Assembly: GCA_964640345.1 (NCBI GenBank)
Contig: CAZXFU010000002.1
Location: 1 to 32,000 of the forward strand
Length of the DNA stretch: 32,000 nucleotides
Reading direction: 5' to 3'
Source: an uncultured Eubacteriales bacterium
GTDB lineage: Bacteria > Bacillota > Clostridia > TANB77 > RGIG9151
A program made the position numbers and the translations under genes. Each line of letters begins with the position of its first letter. The first letter of the stretch is position 1. The notes under the pieces were generated by a model. The model had not been told where the DNA came from, did no database searches, and saw nothing but the letters and a program-made list of their open reading frames with translations. Positions 10,069 through 21,812 of the stretch are shown here, one piece after another.

Positions 10069-11187
10069 TTATATAAGTGTCAAAATTTTCTCAACAATTT
10101 TCTTAGCAGCATCTAAATCTCTAAAATTAAGCTGACTCTTTTTTATCTTTATTAATCTTTCTTTATCATTTGCAAGAAGCTTATTCACAGTCTTTACCAA
10201 ATCATTCTCGCTTCTACACAACATACCCAAATCATTTAGCAAAATAAAATCAATATTTCCCTCTTCTTGACCGGGCAAAGCACCTGTAACAATAACCGGT
10301 AAATCACAAGTAACACACTCCATCAAAACATTAGGACTACCTCTTACAATCGCCACATCATGAGTTGTCATAAGGTTTTCAACATCCTTAACAAATCCAT
10401 AAATCGTAACTCTATCTAAAACATTTTCAAATTTCTTTTCTAAAACCTCTTTTAGCTTAGTATTTCTCCCCGCAACAGCAGAAATTCGAGAATCCGGAAA
10501 TTTTAACAACTTTTCAATAATTCCGCCCATATCTCCAGAGCCTTCTCCACCACTCATGATAAGAAAATCCAAGCCGTTTTTTTCTCGAATAGCCTTTTCA
10601 TCAACCATCTTTATTTTTCCGCCCGCTTTTAATATCTCTTTTCTAACAGGCAAATTTATAACAGAAATCTTATCCTCATCAGCACCATTTTTTAATGCAT
10701 AAACCCATGCCTCTTTAGTAGGTGCAATCATTAAATCAGCTCTCGGATCAACCCACAAAGGCGAAATGGAAATAAGGTCCGCAAAAACAGTAGCAAACTT
10801 TATCCTCTTTTTATCATCCCTTTTCCTTAACAGGTCAATAACAGCACTATTAAACGCCGGATGAACAGTAACAATAATATCCGGATTAAACTGATCGACA
10901 AGTTTATAAAACTTGTTTTTCATAAGTTTTTTTACAACAGCCTTAACAAGTTGTGGTTCACTTGCAGACATCGTATATATAAATTTCCACATATCTTCGG
11001 AAGTACGAATAATAGGTGCATACATCTGCCCTATTCTAAGTCCCATTTTTCCGGCAAATTCAAAAGCCTCAACAGACTTATATTCAACATCCTGGATCTT
11101 TTTTAATTCCTCTTCTAAAGCATTTGTTATACTTTTGTGGCCATGCCCGGTAACATACGACGTCAAAATCAATATTCTCTTTTTCAT
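10069..11187 (-). CDS. Glycosyltransferase, MGDG-synthase/UgtP-like (diacylglycerol glycosyltransferase family)
   Basis: The N-terminus MKKRILILTSYVTGHGHKSITNALEE matches the MGDG_synth/UgtP-type start, and the C-terminal half is GT28-like. I chose the internal ATG at 11187, which has a GAGGTG SD 6 nt upstream, rather than the ORF-track start at 11274. Confidence 0.8.
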   Translation of the reverse strand: MKKRILILTSYVTGHGHKSITNALEEELKKIQDVEYKSVEAFEFAGKMGLRIGQMYAPIIRTSEDMWKFIYTMSASEPQLVKAVVKKLMKNKFYKLVDQFNPDIIVTVHPAFNSAVIDLLRKRDDKKRIKFATVFADLISISPLWVDPRADLMIAPTKEAWVYALKNGADEDKISVINLPVRKEILKAGGKIKMVDEKAIREKNGLDFLIMSGGEGSGDMGGIIEKLLKFPDSRISAVAGRNTKLKEVLEKKFENVLDRVTIYGFVKDVENLMTTHDVAIVRGSPNVLMECVTCDLPVIVTGALPGQEEGNIDFILLNDLGMLCRSENDLVKTVNKLLANDKERLIKIKKSQLNFRDLDAAKKIVEKILTLI

Positions 11188-11323
11188 AAGGTCACCTCTA
11201 TTTTCCCACATAAGTATATTTAATTTTTTTCGTTTTTTCAAGTAGTTTGGTTGTTTTTTATAATGAGAGAACACACAAAAGAAGGTGCAAAGACTTTTTC
11301 AGTAGCCTCTTACACCCTCTTTT

Positions 11324-14679
<3,356 letters not shown>

Positions 14680-14819
14680 ATAGGATTACCTCCTTAAAAA
14701 TACATGATTATATTATACATTCTTATGTGCATATTATTCAATAGGCATAAAAAAAGTTACAAGTTTTTTACATAATTACTTTTTTGCTTATCCTCAAATT
14801 TTACAACAGGTTAAAAAAT

Positions 14820-14846
14820 AAAGGTTTTCGTGATTATATGTAGAAT
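14820..14846 (+). promoter_or_regulatory. Sigma-H-type promoter candidate upstream of spoVG
   Basis: AAAGGTTTT (14820-14828), an 11-nt spacer, then GTAGAAT (14840-14846). This fits the remembered sigma-H consensus RNAGGAWWW-N11/12-RNNGAAT. spoVG is the classic sigma-H-dependent gene in Bacillus. Confidence 0.35.
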
Positions 14847-14887
14847 TTAATAGGTGTAAGGAAATTTTTAACAAGGTGGTGCTTATT

Positions 14888-15196
14888 ATGGAAATTACAA
14901 ATGTTGGTATTTTTCTGAAAAATACCGAGGGAACACTTAAGGCTTATGCTGCTGTAACCTTTGATGACGAATTCGTTGTTAAAAACATAAAGATTACAGA
15001 AACAGAAAAGGGCTTGGCAATGTCTATGCCTCGCCGAAGAATTAATTCACAAGAAAAAAATGTTGAAAACACCCCAGAAGCAAGAAGAAAGTTATACACA
15101 GATGTCGCACACCCGATAAACGCAAAAATGCGTGAAAAAATTGAAAAAGCTGTATTTGATAAATATAATGAGGAAATAAAAAAGCACCGCGAATAA
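14888..15196 (+). CDS. spoVG: Regulatory/septation protein SpoVG
   Basis: MEITNV...LKAYAAVTFDDEFVVKNIKI...GLAMSMP...VAHPIN matches the SpoVG core. I chose the ATG at 14888, which has an AAGGTGG SD 8 nt upstream, instead of the GTG at 14876. Confidence 0.9.
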   Translation: MEITNVGIFLKNTEGTLKAYAAVTFDDEFVVKNIKITETEKGLAMSMPRRRINSQEKNVENTPEARRKLYTDVAHPINAKMREKIEKAVFDKYNEEIKKHRE

Positions 15197-15215
15197 ATTT
15201 CATATTTAAAAAAAT

Positions 15216-15248
15216 AAAACTGCTGTCTTTCAGCAGTTTTTATTTTTT
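15216..15248. terminator. Bidirectional rho-independent terminator shared by convergent spoVG and hup
   Basis: AAAACTGCTG-(tcttt)-CAGCAGTTTT hairpin with A-tracts and T-tracts on both sides. It sits between the two convergent stop codons. Confidence 0.75.
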
Positions 15249-15525
15249 ACTTATTATTAACAGTTTCTTTTAAGCCTTTACCAGCTTTGAAAACAGGTGC
15301 TTTCTTAGCAGGAATCTTGATAGCTTTTTTAGTCTGTGGATTAACTCCTTCTCTTGCTGCTCTTTTCTTAACTTCGAAAGTACCGAATCCAACTAGTCCT
15401 ACTTTTTCACCTTTTTTTAATGATTCAGTAACTGTTTCGATAAATGCATTTAAAGCACATTCTGAATCTTTCTTTGTCATCTCTGATTTTTCTGCCATTG
15501 CTGCGATTAATTCCGCTTTATTCAT
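15247..15525 (-). CDS. hup: DNA-binding protein HU
   Basis: 92 aa. MNKAELIAAMAEK...GFGTFEVKKRAAREGVNPQTKK...KAGK is the canonical HU/IHF fold sequence. Confidence 0.95.
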   Translation of the reverse strand: MNKAELIAAMAEKSEMTKKDSECALNAFIETVTESLKKGEKVGLVGFGTFEVKKRAAREGVNPQTKKAIKIPAKKAPVFKAGKGLKETVNNK

Positions 15526-15590
15526 TAAAAATACCCCCTTAAAAATTGTAATACTTCTTACCTCACTATTATCGGCATTTTGGGAAAAAC

Positions 15591-15620
15591 TTTATAGTTT
15601 TTGGCAAAAAAAACTATAAA
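15591..15620 (-). terminator. Weak AT-only hairpin downstream of dusB (possible terminator)
   Basis: TTTATAGTTTTT / AAAAACTATAAA stem around a GGC loop, 37 nt after the dusB stop. The stem has no G-C pairs, so support is weak. Confidence 0.3.
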
Positions 15621-15656
15621 AATCAAAATTTTCTTCCAATACACGACTTTATATAT

Positions 15657-16637
15657 CTAATTATCTCCTGTAAGTACTATTTTATCCAATATTTCCTTAA
15701 CTTTTTCCAAATTTTGTTCTTGATTTATAATTTCTTTAGTCTTACTCACTCCGTTTATCCCTTTTAAATACCATGAAATATGTTTTCTCATCTCTCTTAC
15801 CGCAACATACTCGCCTTTATATTTAACTTCCAAATCAAGATGCTTTAAAATCATTCCTACTTTTTCACTAATACTTGGCGTTTCATTTACCTTCCCGTTA
15901 GTTAAATAATCAATAATATTTCTAAAAACCCATGGATTTCCCTCAGCACCTCTTGCAACCATAACTCCATCACATCCGGTCTCTTCAAACATTCGCTTTG
16001 CACTAAATTCGTCAAATATATCTCCATTTCCTATAACCGGAATACTTACACTTTCTTTGACTTTTCGTATAATTTCATAATCAACCGTACCTGAATACAT
16101 CTGTTCTCTCGTCCTACCATGAACCGTAATCAGCCTTGCACCAGCCTCTTCAGCAATACAAGCAAGTTCTACCGCATTAACATGCTTATCGTCCCAACCT
16201 TTTCTAAACTTCACTGTAACGGGAACTTTTGATGCTTTAACCACACTGCATATAATTTCACGTGCAAGTTCTAAATTTTTCATAAGTGCCGAACCTTCAT
16301 TATTTTTCACAATTTTAGGGGCAGGACATCCCATATTAATATCTATTATATCTGCCACTTCAGATAATTTATTTGCAGTTTCTGCCATTATATCCGGATT
16401 GCTTCCGAAAATCTGAATTCCTACCGGTCTTTCTTCTTCTAAAACTTCATAAATATCCTCTGTTTTCTCGCTTCCATAATGAACAGCATTAGAACTAGCC
16501 ATTTCTGTATAAACCATTCCAACGCCAAATTCTTTACAAATACTTCTGAAAGCCATATCTGTAACTCCTGCCATAGGAGCTAAAAAAACATTATTTTTAA
16601 TTTCTAAATTGCCTATTTTTATAGGATTTATATACAT
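15657..16637 (-). CDS. dusB: tRNA-dihydrouridine synthase (DusB type)
   Basis: 326 aa. The FLAPMAGVTDMAFR start, a TIM-barrel FMN site, and a C-terminal helical domain. Confidence 0.92.
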   Translation of the reverse strand: MYINPIKIGNLEIKNNVFLAPMAGVTDMAFRSICKEFGVGMVYTEMASSNAVHYGSEKTEDIYEVLEEERPVGIQIFGSNPDIMAETANKLSEVADIIDINMGCPAPKIVKNNEGSALMKNLELAREIICSVVKASKVPVTVKFRKGWDDKHVNAVELACIAEEAGARLITVHGRTREQMYSGTVDYEIIRKVKESVSIPVIGNGDIFDEFSAKRMFEETGCDGVMVARGAEGNPWVFRNIIDYLTNGKVNETPSISEKVGMILKHLDLEVKYKGEYVAVREMRKHISWYLKGINGVSKTKEIINQEQNLEKVKEILDKIVLTGDN

Positions 16638-17299
16638 ACATTTATCTCCCCCGAAAATACTCTTTTTATTCCATCATCCGCTTCAACAATAAGTTCACCA
16701 TTCTCTGCTATATCTTTTATTGCTACATATTCTCCTAAGACCGTAACAAGGCATTTTTCCCCTTTATACGCCATATTTTCTCTAAATAACTTAATTACTT
16801 CACTTTCTTCTATTTCATTTATTTTAGCTATTTTTCTCACTAGCCTAATCATAATATCATAATTATCAGCTTTAACTCCTGTATTCCCATAAAAAGAAAT
16901 CGCCTTGTCTATCCCGACATTTTCATTGTTAGTGTTTATTCCAATTCCTATAATAATCTTATCATTAATTTTTTCACAAATTATTCCGCCTGCTTTTTTG
17001 TTTTCAAGAATCAAATCATTTGGCCATTTCAGCTGTACTTTTCGCTTATATACATCTTCTAACACTTCTCTTACAGCCACTCCGACACCTAAAGTAAAAA
17101 CTTTTTTATTCTCATCAAAACCAACGTCAAATGAAAACCAAAGTCCACCGTTTGGAGCATCCCAAGCTCTCCCTAGTCTTCCTCTACCTTTCGTCTGAAT
17201 ATCCGAATAAACTAAGAAGTTACTATTTCCATTTAATATAAGCTCTTTTGCATAATCTTGTGTAGAAGCAAGTTCTTCAAAATGATACTCATTTCTCAT
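16628..17299 (-). CDS. birA: Biotin--[acetyl-CoA-carboxylase] ligase, group I (no N-terminal HTH)
   Basis: 223 aa. Biotin-ligase motif QTKGRGRLGRAWDAPNGGLWFS and the KWPND motif. It overlaps the YfhO stop by 11 nt and the dusB start by 10 nt. Confidence 0.85.
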   Translation of the reverse strand: MRNEYHFEELASTQDYAKELILNGNSNFLVYSDIQTKGRGRLGRAWDAPNGGLWFSFDVGFDENKKVFTLGVGVAVREVLEDVYKRKVQLKWPNDLILENKKAGGIICEKINDKIIIGIGINTNNENVGIDKAISFYGNTGVKADNYDIMIRLVRKIAKINEIEESEVIKLFRENMAYKGEKCLVTVLGEYVAIKDIAENGELIVEADDGIKRVFSGEINVCI

Positions 17300-19802
17300 C
17301 TTTTATTTCCTTTCTGTGTTCCATACAAATAAATATAATTCCAAAAGCTAAAAACAATCCCGAAATAATCCCGACTTTTAATAAATATTCAGGATAATAA
17401 TCGACTGTAATAATATGATTACCTTTTTCCAAATCCACTGCAAGCAACGAATCAAGTATACATCTGGTATTCGTCGGTTTATTATCGACAAACACCCTTA
17501 AATATTTATCATAAGGCACAGTAAAAAGTAATATTTTCCCATCATCTTCTACATTTATTCGACCTTCAAGCTTGGCACTTGTCATGTAGTCTATCTCAAG
17601 CTGAGATTTCTTTAAACTGCTTATAACTTTCTTATATACACTATCATTTTCACTATATATCAAAACATCATTAAGGTTTATTTTATCCGCATCCACAAAC
17701 TCTATATCAACCTTCACTTTTTCATTTTCAGTAAAATTACCTATTTTTAAAGTTGAATATTCTTGCGTTGTCATATATTTCCCGATTTCTTCATCGTTAA
17801 TATACAATATTGCGTCATTTACAGAGCTCCCATCTATTTTTAAATATATATCACTTTCATTAGGAGCATAAAAGTAAAAGGAATACAAAGCTTTAGAATA
17901 TGGGTATATTTTTTCATAAATATTTGAATCTAAGTTCTCTTTGAGGTTCTCTTTTTTAACATCAAAAATCTCAACTTTATTATATATCTCTTCATCTATT
18001 TTACTGGTTTTTTTTGCCAACTCATTTAACTTTTCAAAAGAATTACTATGCTCAGTCCAAGGTGTTATAAAATCTTTTATTTCTGTAACAGAATCATCCA
18101 CTAAAAATCCTAATGACAAGACATCGTCATTCTTTTTAGTCGTATCCTGAATATAATATTTAACTCCTAAAAAGCTATCCGCAAACTTTGTAACCGGCGA
18201 ATACTTAACAGAATTATTAGCAACTCTGGTAAATCCAAGGCTTTCTAGCAATCCTCTTGCCGATTCTTTTCCCATTGTACTTGAACTTGTAATTCCTAAA
18301 ATCTCTTGTCCTATATTCGCGTTATAATCTTTTATTAAGTCGTTTTCTATTCTGTAGTAACCGTTATCTCTCTCTTTTATTTCACTTATTCTTTCGTTTA
18401 CAATGGCTCTTTCGTAATAAAACGTATCTCTGTCAAAAAATCCGAAACTTAACATATACACCGCAGTATTGGTAAACATTTCGACACAAACAACCAAAGC
18501 AAAAAGCCCAAATGCACTTTTATTATTGTCTTTTATCAATTTTATTGAAATAAAACCTGCACAAAGCATAAATATAGTACAATAAATAAGCTCAGAAGTT
18601 ATATACGTATAATTCTGCTTTTCTACTATAAAGCATCCTATAATAAGTGCAATCAAAATATACAGCACATTTTTTAACGAAATTCCGCTTATTCCGCTTA
18701 ACGACTTATACGCAATGTAAATTATATAAAACGATATACAAAAAGAATATCTATATGGGAACCATATATTATACGTAAAAACGTGCCAAATTCTATTAAG
18801 TGGGGCAAATACCGTAAAAGCCAATAATACTAAAAAAAACACACCATCTTGTATTTTTTCTTTTTTGCTAAATGAAACGTTAAAGAAATACATAACAAAT
18901 AACATAAAAGTCGTAGTACCGGCAAACAAGTTCGGTAAATTCAAACATTCTGCCGAAGCACTCTTATCCGTTATTTGCCAAAAGTCAAATCCGCCTATAA
19001 TAAACTTAGAAAAAATATCTATCAAGGTGTAATTTATTAAGCTGCTCTCTAAAAGATTACTCCTTTTTCCCTCAGCCATGCATGTATATACAGCCGGTAA
19101 TATAACTATTAATGCGGTGCCTGCCGATAAAATTCCGCATAACATAAACTTAAAAAATGCCGTTTTGGAAAAACCTTTTTTAAAAGTCCTATAGATAAAC
19201 CAAAAAGCAGAAAATACGCATAGCATAAATCCAATATACCAATTTGAGAGTATAGAAACAGTTAAACCGGCAAAAAACACATCTGACTTATTTTTCTCTA
19301 TAAGCCTATCTATCCCGAGAATAATAACAGGAAGCCATACAACAGCATCGAGCCACATAATATTAAATTGATATGCTATATTGTAAGCCATAAGCGCATA
19401 GCAAGTTGAAAGAGCAATAACCGCAATATTATTACTTTTCTTAAATTCTTTCTTTAAGAAAAGAGAAAAAGTTACTCCTGATAAGCCTATTTTTAACAGA
19501 TTAATTACTAAAACGCCCTCAGTAACATTTGCTTTAGGAAATAATGCAAGAATTAAGTTAAACGGGCTCATCATATAGTAACTCAGCATTCCTAAAGTCT
19601 CCTCGCCCATTCCCTTAAAAAAGGAAAATGTCGGATTTACTCCCTCAGTTAAAACTTTTTGAATAAATTCAAAATATCCTGCATATTGATAAGCCATATC
19701 TGATGTAAAAATAGTATTCCCACCAAATGGGAAAATTCTGCTTATTGCAATGCTTATTCCCCAAATTACCACCGGTACTAAAAAAGCCAGAATACATGTC
19801 AT
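17289..19802 (-). CDS. YfhO-family polytopic membrane protein (putative lipid-linked glycosyltransferase)
   Basis: 837 aa with many TM helices in the N-terminal ~450 aa and a large extracytoplasmic C-terminal region ending in a last TM helix. The N-terminal pattern IFPFGGNTIFTSDMAYQY is typical of YfhO. The assignment is from memory. Confidence 0.75.
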   Translation of the reverse strand: MTCILAFLVPVVIWGISIAISRIFPFGGNTIFTSDMAYQYAGYFEFIQKVLTEGVNPTFSFFKGMGEETLGMLSYYMMSPFNLILALFPKANVTEGVLVINLLKIGLSGVTFSLFLKKEFKKSNNIAVIALSTCYALMAYNIAYQFNIMWLDAVVWLPVIILGIDRLIEKNKSDVFFAGLTVSILSNWYIGFMLCVFSAFWFIYRTFKKGFSKTAFFKFMLCGILSAGTALIVILPAVYTCMAEGKRSNLLESSLINYTLIDIFSKFIIGGFDFWQITDKSASAECLNLPNLFAGTTTFMLFVMYFFNVSFSKKEKIQDGVFFLVLLAFTVFAPLNRIWHVFTYNIWFPYRYSFCISFYIIYIAYKSLSGISGISLKNVLYILIALIIGCFIVEKQNYTYITSELIYCTIFMLCAGFISIKLIKDNNKSAFGLFALVVCVEMFTNTAVYMLSFGFFDRDTFYYERAIVNERISEIKERDNGYYRIENDLIKDYNANIGQEILGITSSSTMGKESARGLLESLGFTRVANNSVKYSPVTKFADSFLGVKYYIQDTTKKNDDVLSLGFLVDDSVTEIKDFITPWTEHSNSFEKLNELAKKTSKIDEEIYNKVEIFDVKKENLKENLDSNIYEKIYPYSKALYSFYFYAPNESDIYLKIDGSSVNDAILYINDEEIGKYMTTQEYSTLKIGNFTENEKVKVDIEFVDADKINLNDVLIYSENDSVYKKVISSLKKSQLEIDYMTSAKLEGRINVEDDGKILLFTVPYDKYLRVFVDNKPTNTRCILDSLLAVDLEKGNHIITVDYYPEYLLKVGIISGLFLAFGIIFICMEHRKEIKDEK

Positions 19803-19819
19803 AAAATCTCCCCCTAAAA

Positions 19820-20830
19820 CTAAATCATTTTTTGGATTAATTTTCCCTTTCCGTTTTCAAAATAAAATTCTCCCATGCTTCCGTTAACCATTATCCATTG
19901 AGGTGGAAGATGCCCTATATCTGCATCGTAAAATACCGGTACATCTAAATCATCAAACGCTTTTTTTAATGAATCTTCATAAGAAAAATCATAAAAATTT
20001 TTATTAACCGCAGTTCTTCCAATTAAAAAGCCTTTCGCATTATTAAACCATCCTACCTGTTTCATCTGCCATATTCTTCTGTAAAATTCGGCAATATTTA
20101 ACTCACAATTATCTATATACCACAGCATTCCCTCATCAAATTGCGAACAGAAATTCTTTGTATTATCAAATTCTGTTCCGGGCAGCAAACTAAGAACATC
20201 TATACATCCGCCTATAACTCGTCCTTTTATGACATTTTCCTTATCATATAATGCCTTATAATTAGTCTCGTTAGTAAGATAAAACCCCTCATAAGGTAAA
20301 ATTTCTTTAGGTCTAGTGCCTTCATACATTAAAAAACTTTCCTGAATAAGTACATCCGGATTCCTTAGAAATTCAATATTATCCGTAACTACCTTATGCC
20401 AAGGCTCCATTCCAAAACTTTTAAAATTTACAGCATTAATTGTAGCAATATTAAGTTTCGTCGTTATTACGTAATTTAGTAAACTTGGATCCGAGTAACC
20501 CTGAATCCACTTAGGAGAATTCTCTATTTTTTCAAAATCCAAATACGGCAATATCTCCATAAGTATTTCTCCTCCACTTACAGCAACAATTGCTTTAACA
20601 CTTTCATCTTCAATTAACTCCATAAATTCTTTCGCACGTTCTTTTGGCGTAGCACTTTCAAGTTTTTTAAGCATTCTCACATCTTGCGTTTCTTTACAAT
20701 TAAAGCCAGCATTCTTTAATTTCACAATAGCATTTTCAAGTCTTAAAATGTCCCATTCATCCTTGCAGCCAAAAGAAACAGCAGTAGTAGCAATATAATC
20801 TTTATTTTCTAACTTATTGGGAAAAATCAT
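19820..20830 (-). CDS. S66 peptidase (LD-carboxypeptidase / MccF-like)
   Basis: 336 aa. Nucleophile motif GYSDPS, a late DADIGHLPP histidine motif, and KGFLIGR. The start overlaps the maf stop by 17 nt. Confidence 0.8.
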   Translation of the reverse strand: MIFPNKLENKDYIATTAVSFGCKDEWDILRLENAIVKLKNAGFNCKETQDVRMLKKLESATPKERAKEFMELIEDESVKAIVAVSGGEILMEILPYLDFEKIENSPKWIQGYSDPSLLNYVITTKLNIATINAVNFKSFGMEPWHKVVTDNIEFLRNPDVLIQESFLMYEGTRPKEILPYEGFYLTNETNYKALYDKENVIKGRVIGGCIDVLSLLPGTEFDNTKNFCSQFDEGMLWYIDNCELNIAEFYRRIWQMKQVGWFNNAKGFLIGRTAVNKNFYDFSYEDSLKKAFDDLDVPVFYDADIGHLPPQWIMVNGSMGEFYFENGKGKLIQKMI

Positions 20831-21467
20831 AACCTTCCTCCTTTAACTTAATTACTATATCCTCTATCGGCAATCCCATAACATTATTAAAATCATGCGG
20901 TAAGACAATCGCCTTATCACCAAGATTACCATCAACACAATATCCCCCCGCATAAGTATACGTTAATTGGTCTTTTACCAATACATCTTGTAACTCTTCA
21001 GTAATTTCGAGCATTTTAACAGGCGAAACTTTTGCAAAATTTTCCAGTTTCTCTCCATCAATAATACAAACTCCTGTAAGAGCAATATGTGTACTGTTAG
21101 ATAACGTATTAAAAATCCTTCTTGCATCTTTTTCATCCTTAGGCTTTTCTAAAATTTCATCTTTGTAAAAAGCAATCGTATCCGCAGCCAATATAACCGC
21201 ATTCTTAACTCTTTTACTTAGCCAATAAGCTTTTTCAAACGATAGTCTTTTTACATATTCTTTTGCCTGTTCTTCGCTTTTGACCTCGCCAAAAGCTTTT
21301 TTAATACTCTCTTCATCGGCAAGACTTGGAATAGTTATAAAATTCAGCTTTGCTTTTTCCATGATTTTTACTCTGGACATAGAACCTGATGCCAACACCA
21401 ATACTTTCTTATCAAAACTTACAGACTCATTATTTTTTATTTTTTCTTTTATTTCTTCTAATGTCAT
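20814..21467 (-). CDS. maf: Maf-like nucleoside triphosphate pyrophosphatase
   Basis: 217 aa. The VLASGSMSR start region (LASxSxxR), AADT, and the C-terminal GLP motif typical of Maf. An AAGGAG SD precedes the ATG. Confidence 0.88.
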   Translation of the reverse strand: MTLEEIKEKIKNNESVSFDKKVLVLASGSMSRVKIMEKAKLNFITIPSLADEESIKKAFGEVKSEEQAKEYVKRLSFEKAYWLSKRVKNAVILAADTIAFYKDEILEKPKDEKDARRIFNTLSNSTHIALTGVCIIDGEKLENFAKVSPVKMLEITEELQDVLVKDQLTYTYAGGYCVDGNLGDKAIVLPHDFNNVMGLPIEDIVIKLKEEGYDFSQ

Positions 21468-21498
21468 ATGTTGATTTCTCCTTACTTTTTTCTATATC

Positions 21499-21530
21499 TT
21501 GTAATTTTACAGCTCTTATGATAGTATAAT
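21499..21530 (+). promoter_or_regulatory. Candidate sigma-A promoter for the small ORF (TTGTAA-17 nt-TAGTAT with upstream TG; TATAAT overlapping)
   Basis: -35 TTGTAA (21499-21504), a 17-nt spacer, and TG-n-TAGTAT (21522-27). An overlapping TATAAT sits at 21525-30. This is a pattern match only. Confidence 0.3.
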
Positions 21531-21585
21531 TAACAAATGATTTTTATATCATTAATCCTATAACAATTGTTAAGGAGGTCGTTTC

Positions 21586-21801
21586 ATGGAACGCGAATAT
21601 TGTCTTGGCGATGCCTGCCCCGATAAGAAATGTGAAATTTGCTCTGCAAAACACAAGCTTCTCCTTCCACCAACCGACGAATATCGCTCTAACCCCGCAA
21701 TATCCCCCAGCGGCTATTACTCTTCAGGCGGACTTGTCCATATTCGTAACCCCAAAACCGGCAGAATGGAAATCCATTATGCCCATATTGCAGGTGATTA
21801 A
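21586..21801 (+). CDS. Small Cys-containing hypothetical protein (71 aa); could alternatively be part of a non-coding transcript
   Basis: AAGGAGG SD 7 nt upstream of the ATG. The N-terminal pattern is C-x4-C-x4-C-x2-C (YCLGDACPDKKCEIC). Composition is strongly atypical: by hand count about 102 G+C in 216 nt, with many C-ending codons. Confidence 0.5.
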   Translation: MEREYCLGDACPDKKCEICSAKHKLLLPPTDEYRSNPAISPSGYYSSGGLVHIRNPKTGRMEIHYAHIAGD

Positions 21802-21812
21802 AAAATGTTCTA

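Noticed and set aside
11188-11274. 29-codon N-terminal extension of the glycosyltransferase ORF (MFSHYKKQPNYLKKRKKLNILMWENRGDL)
   Set aside because: The internal ATG at 11187 has a good GAGGTG SD and gives the family-typical MKKRILIL...GHGH N-terminus. The extension is basic, low-complexity read-through of the intergenic region.
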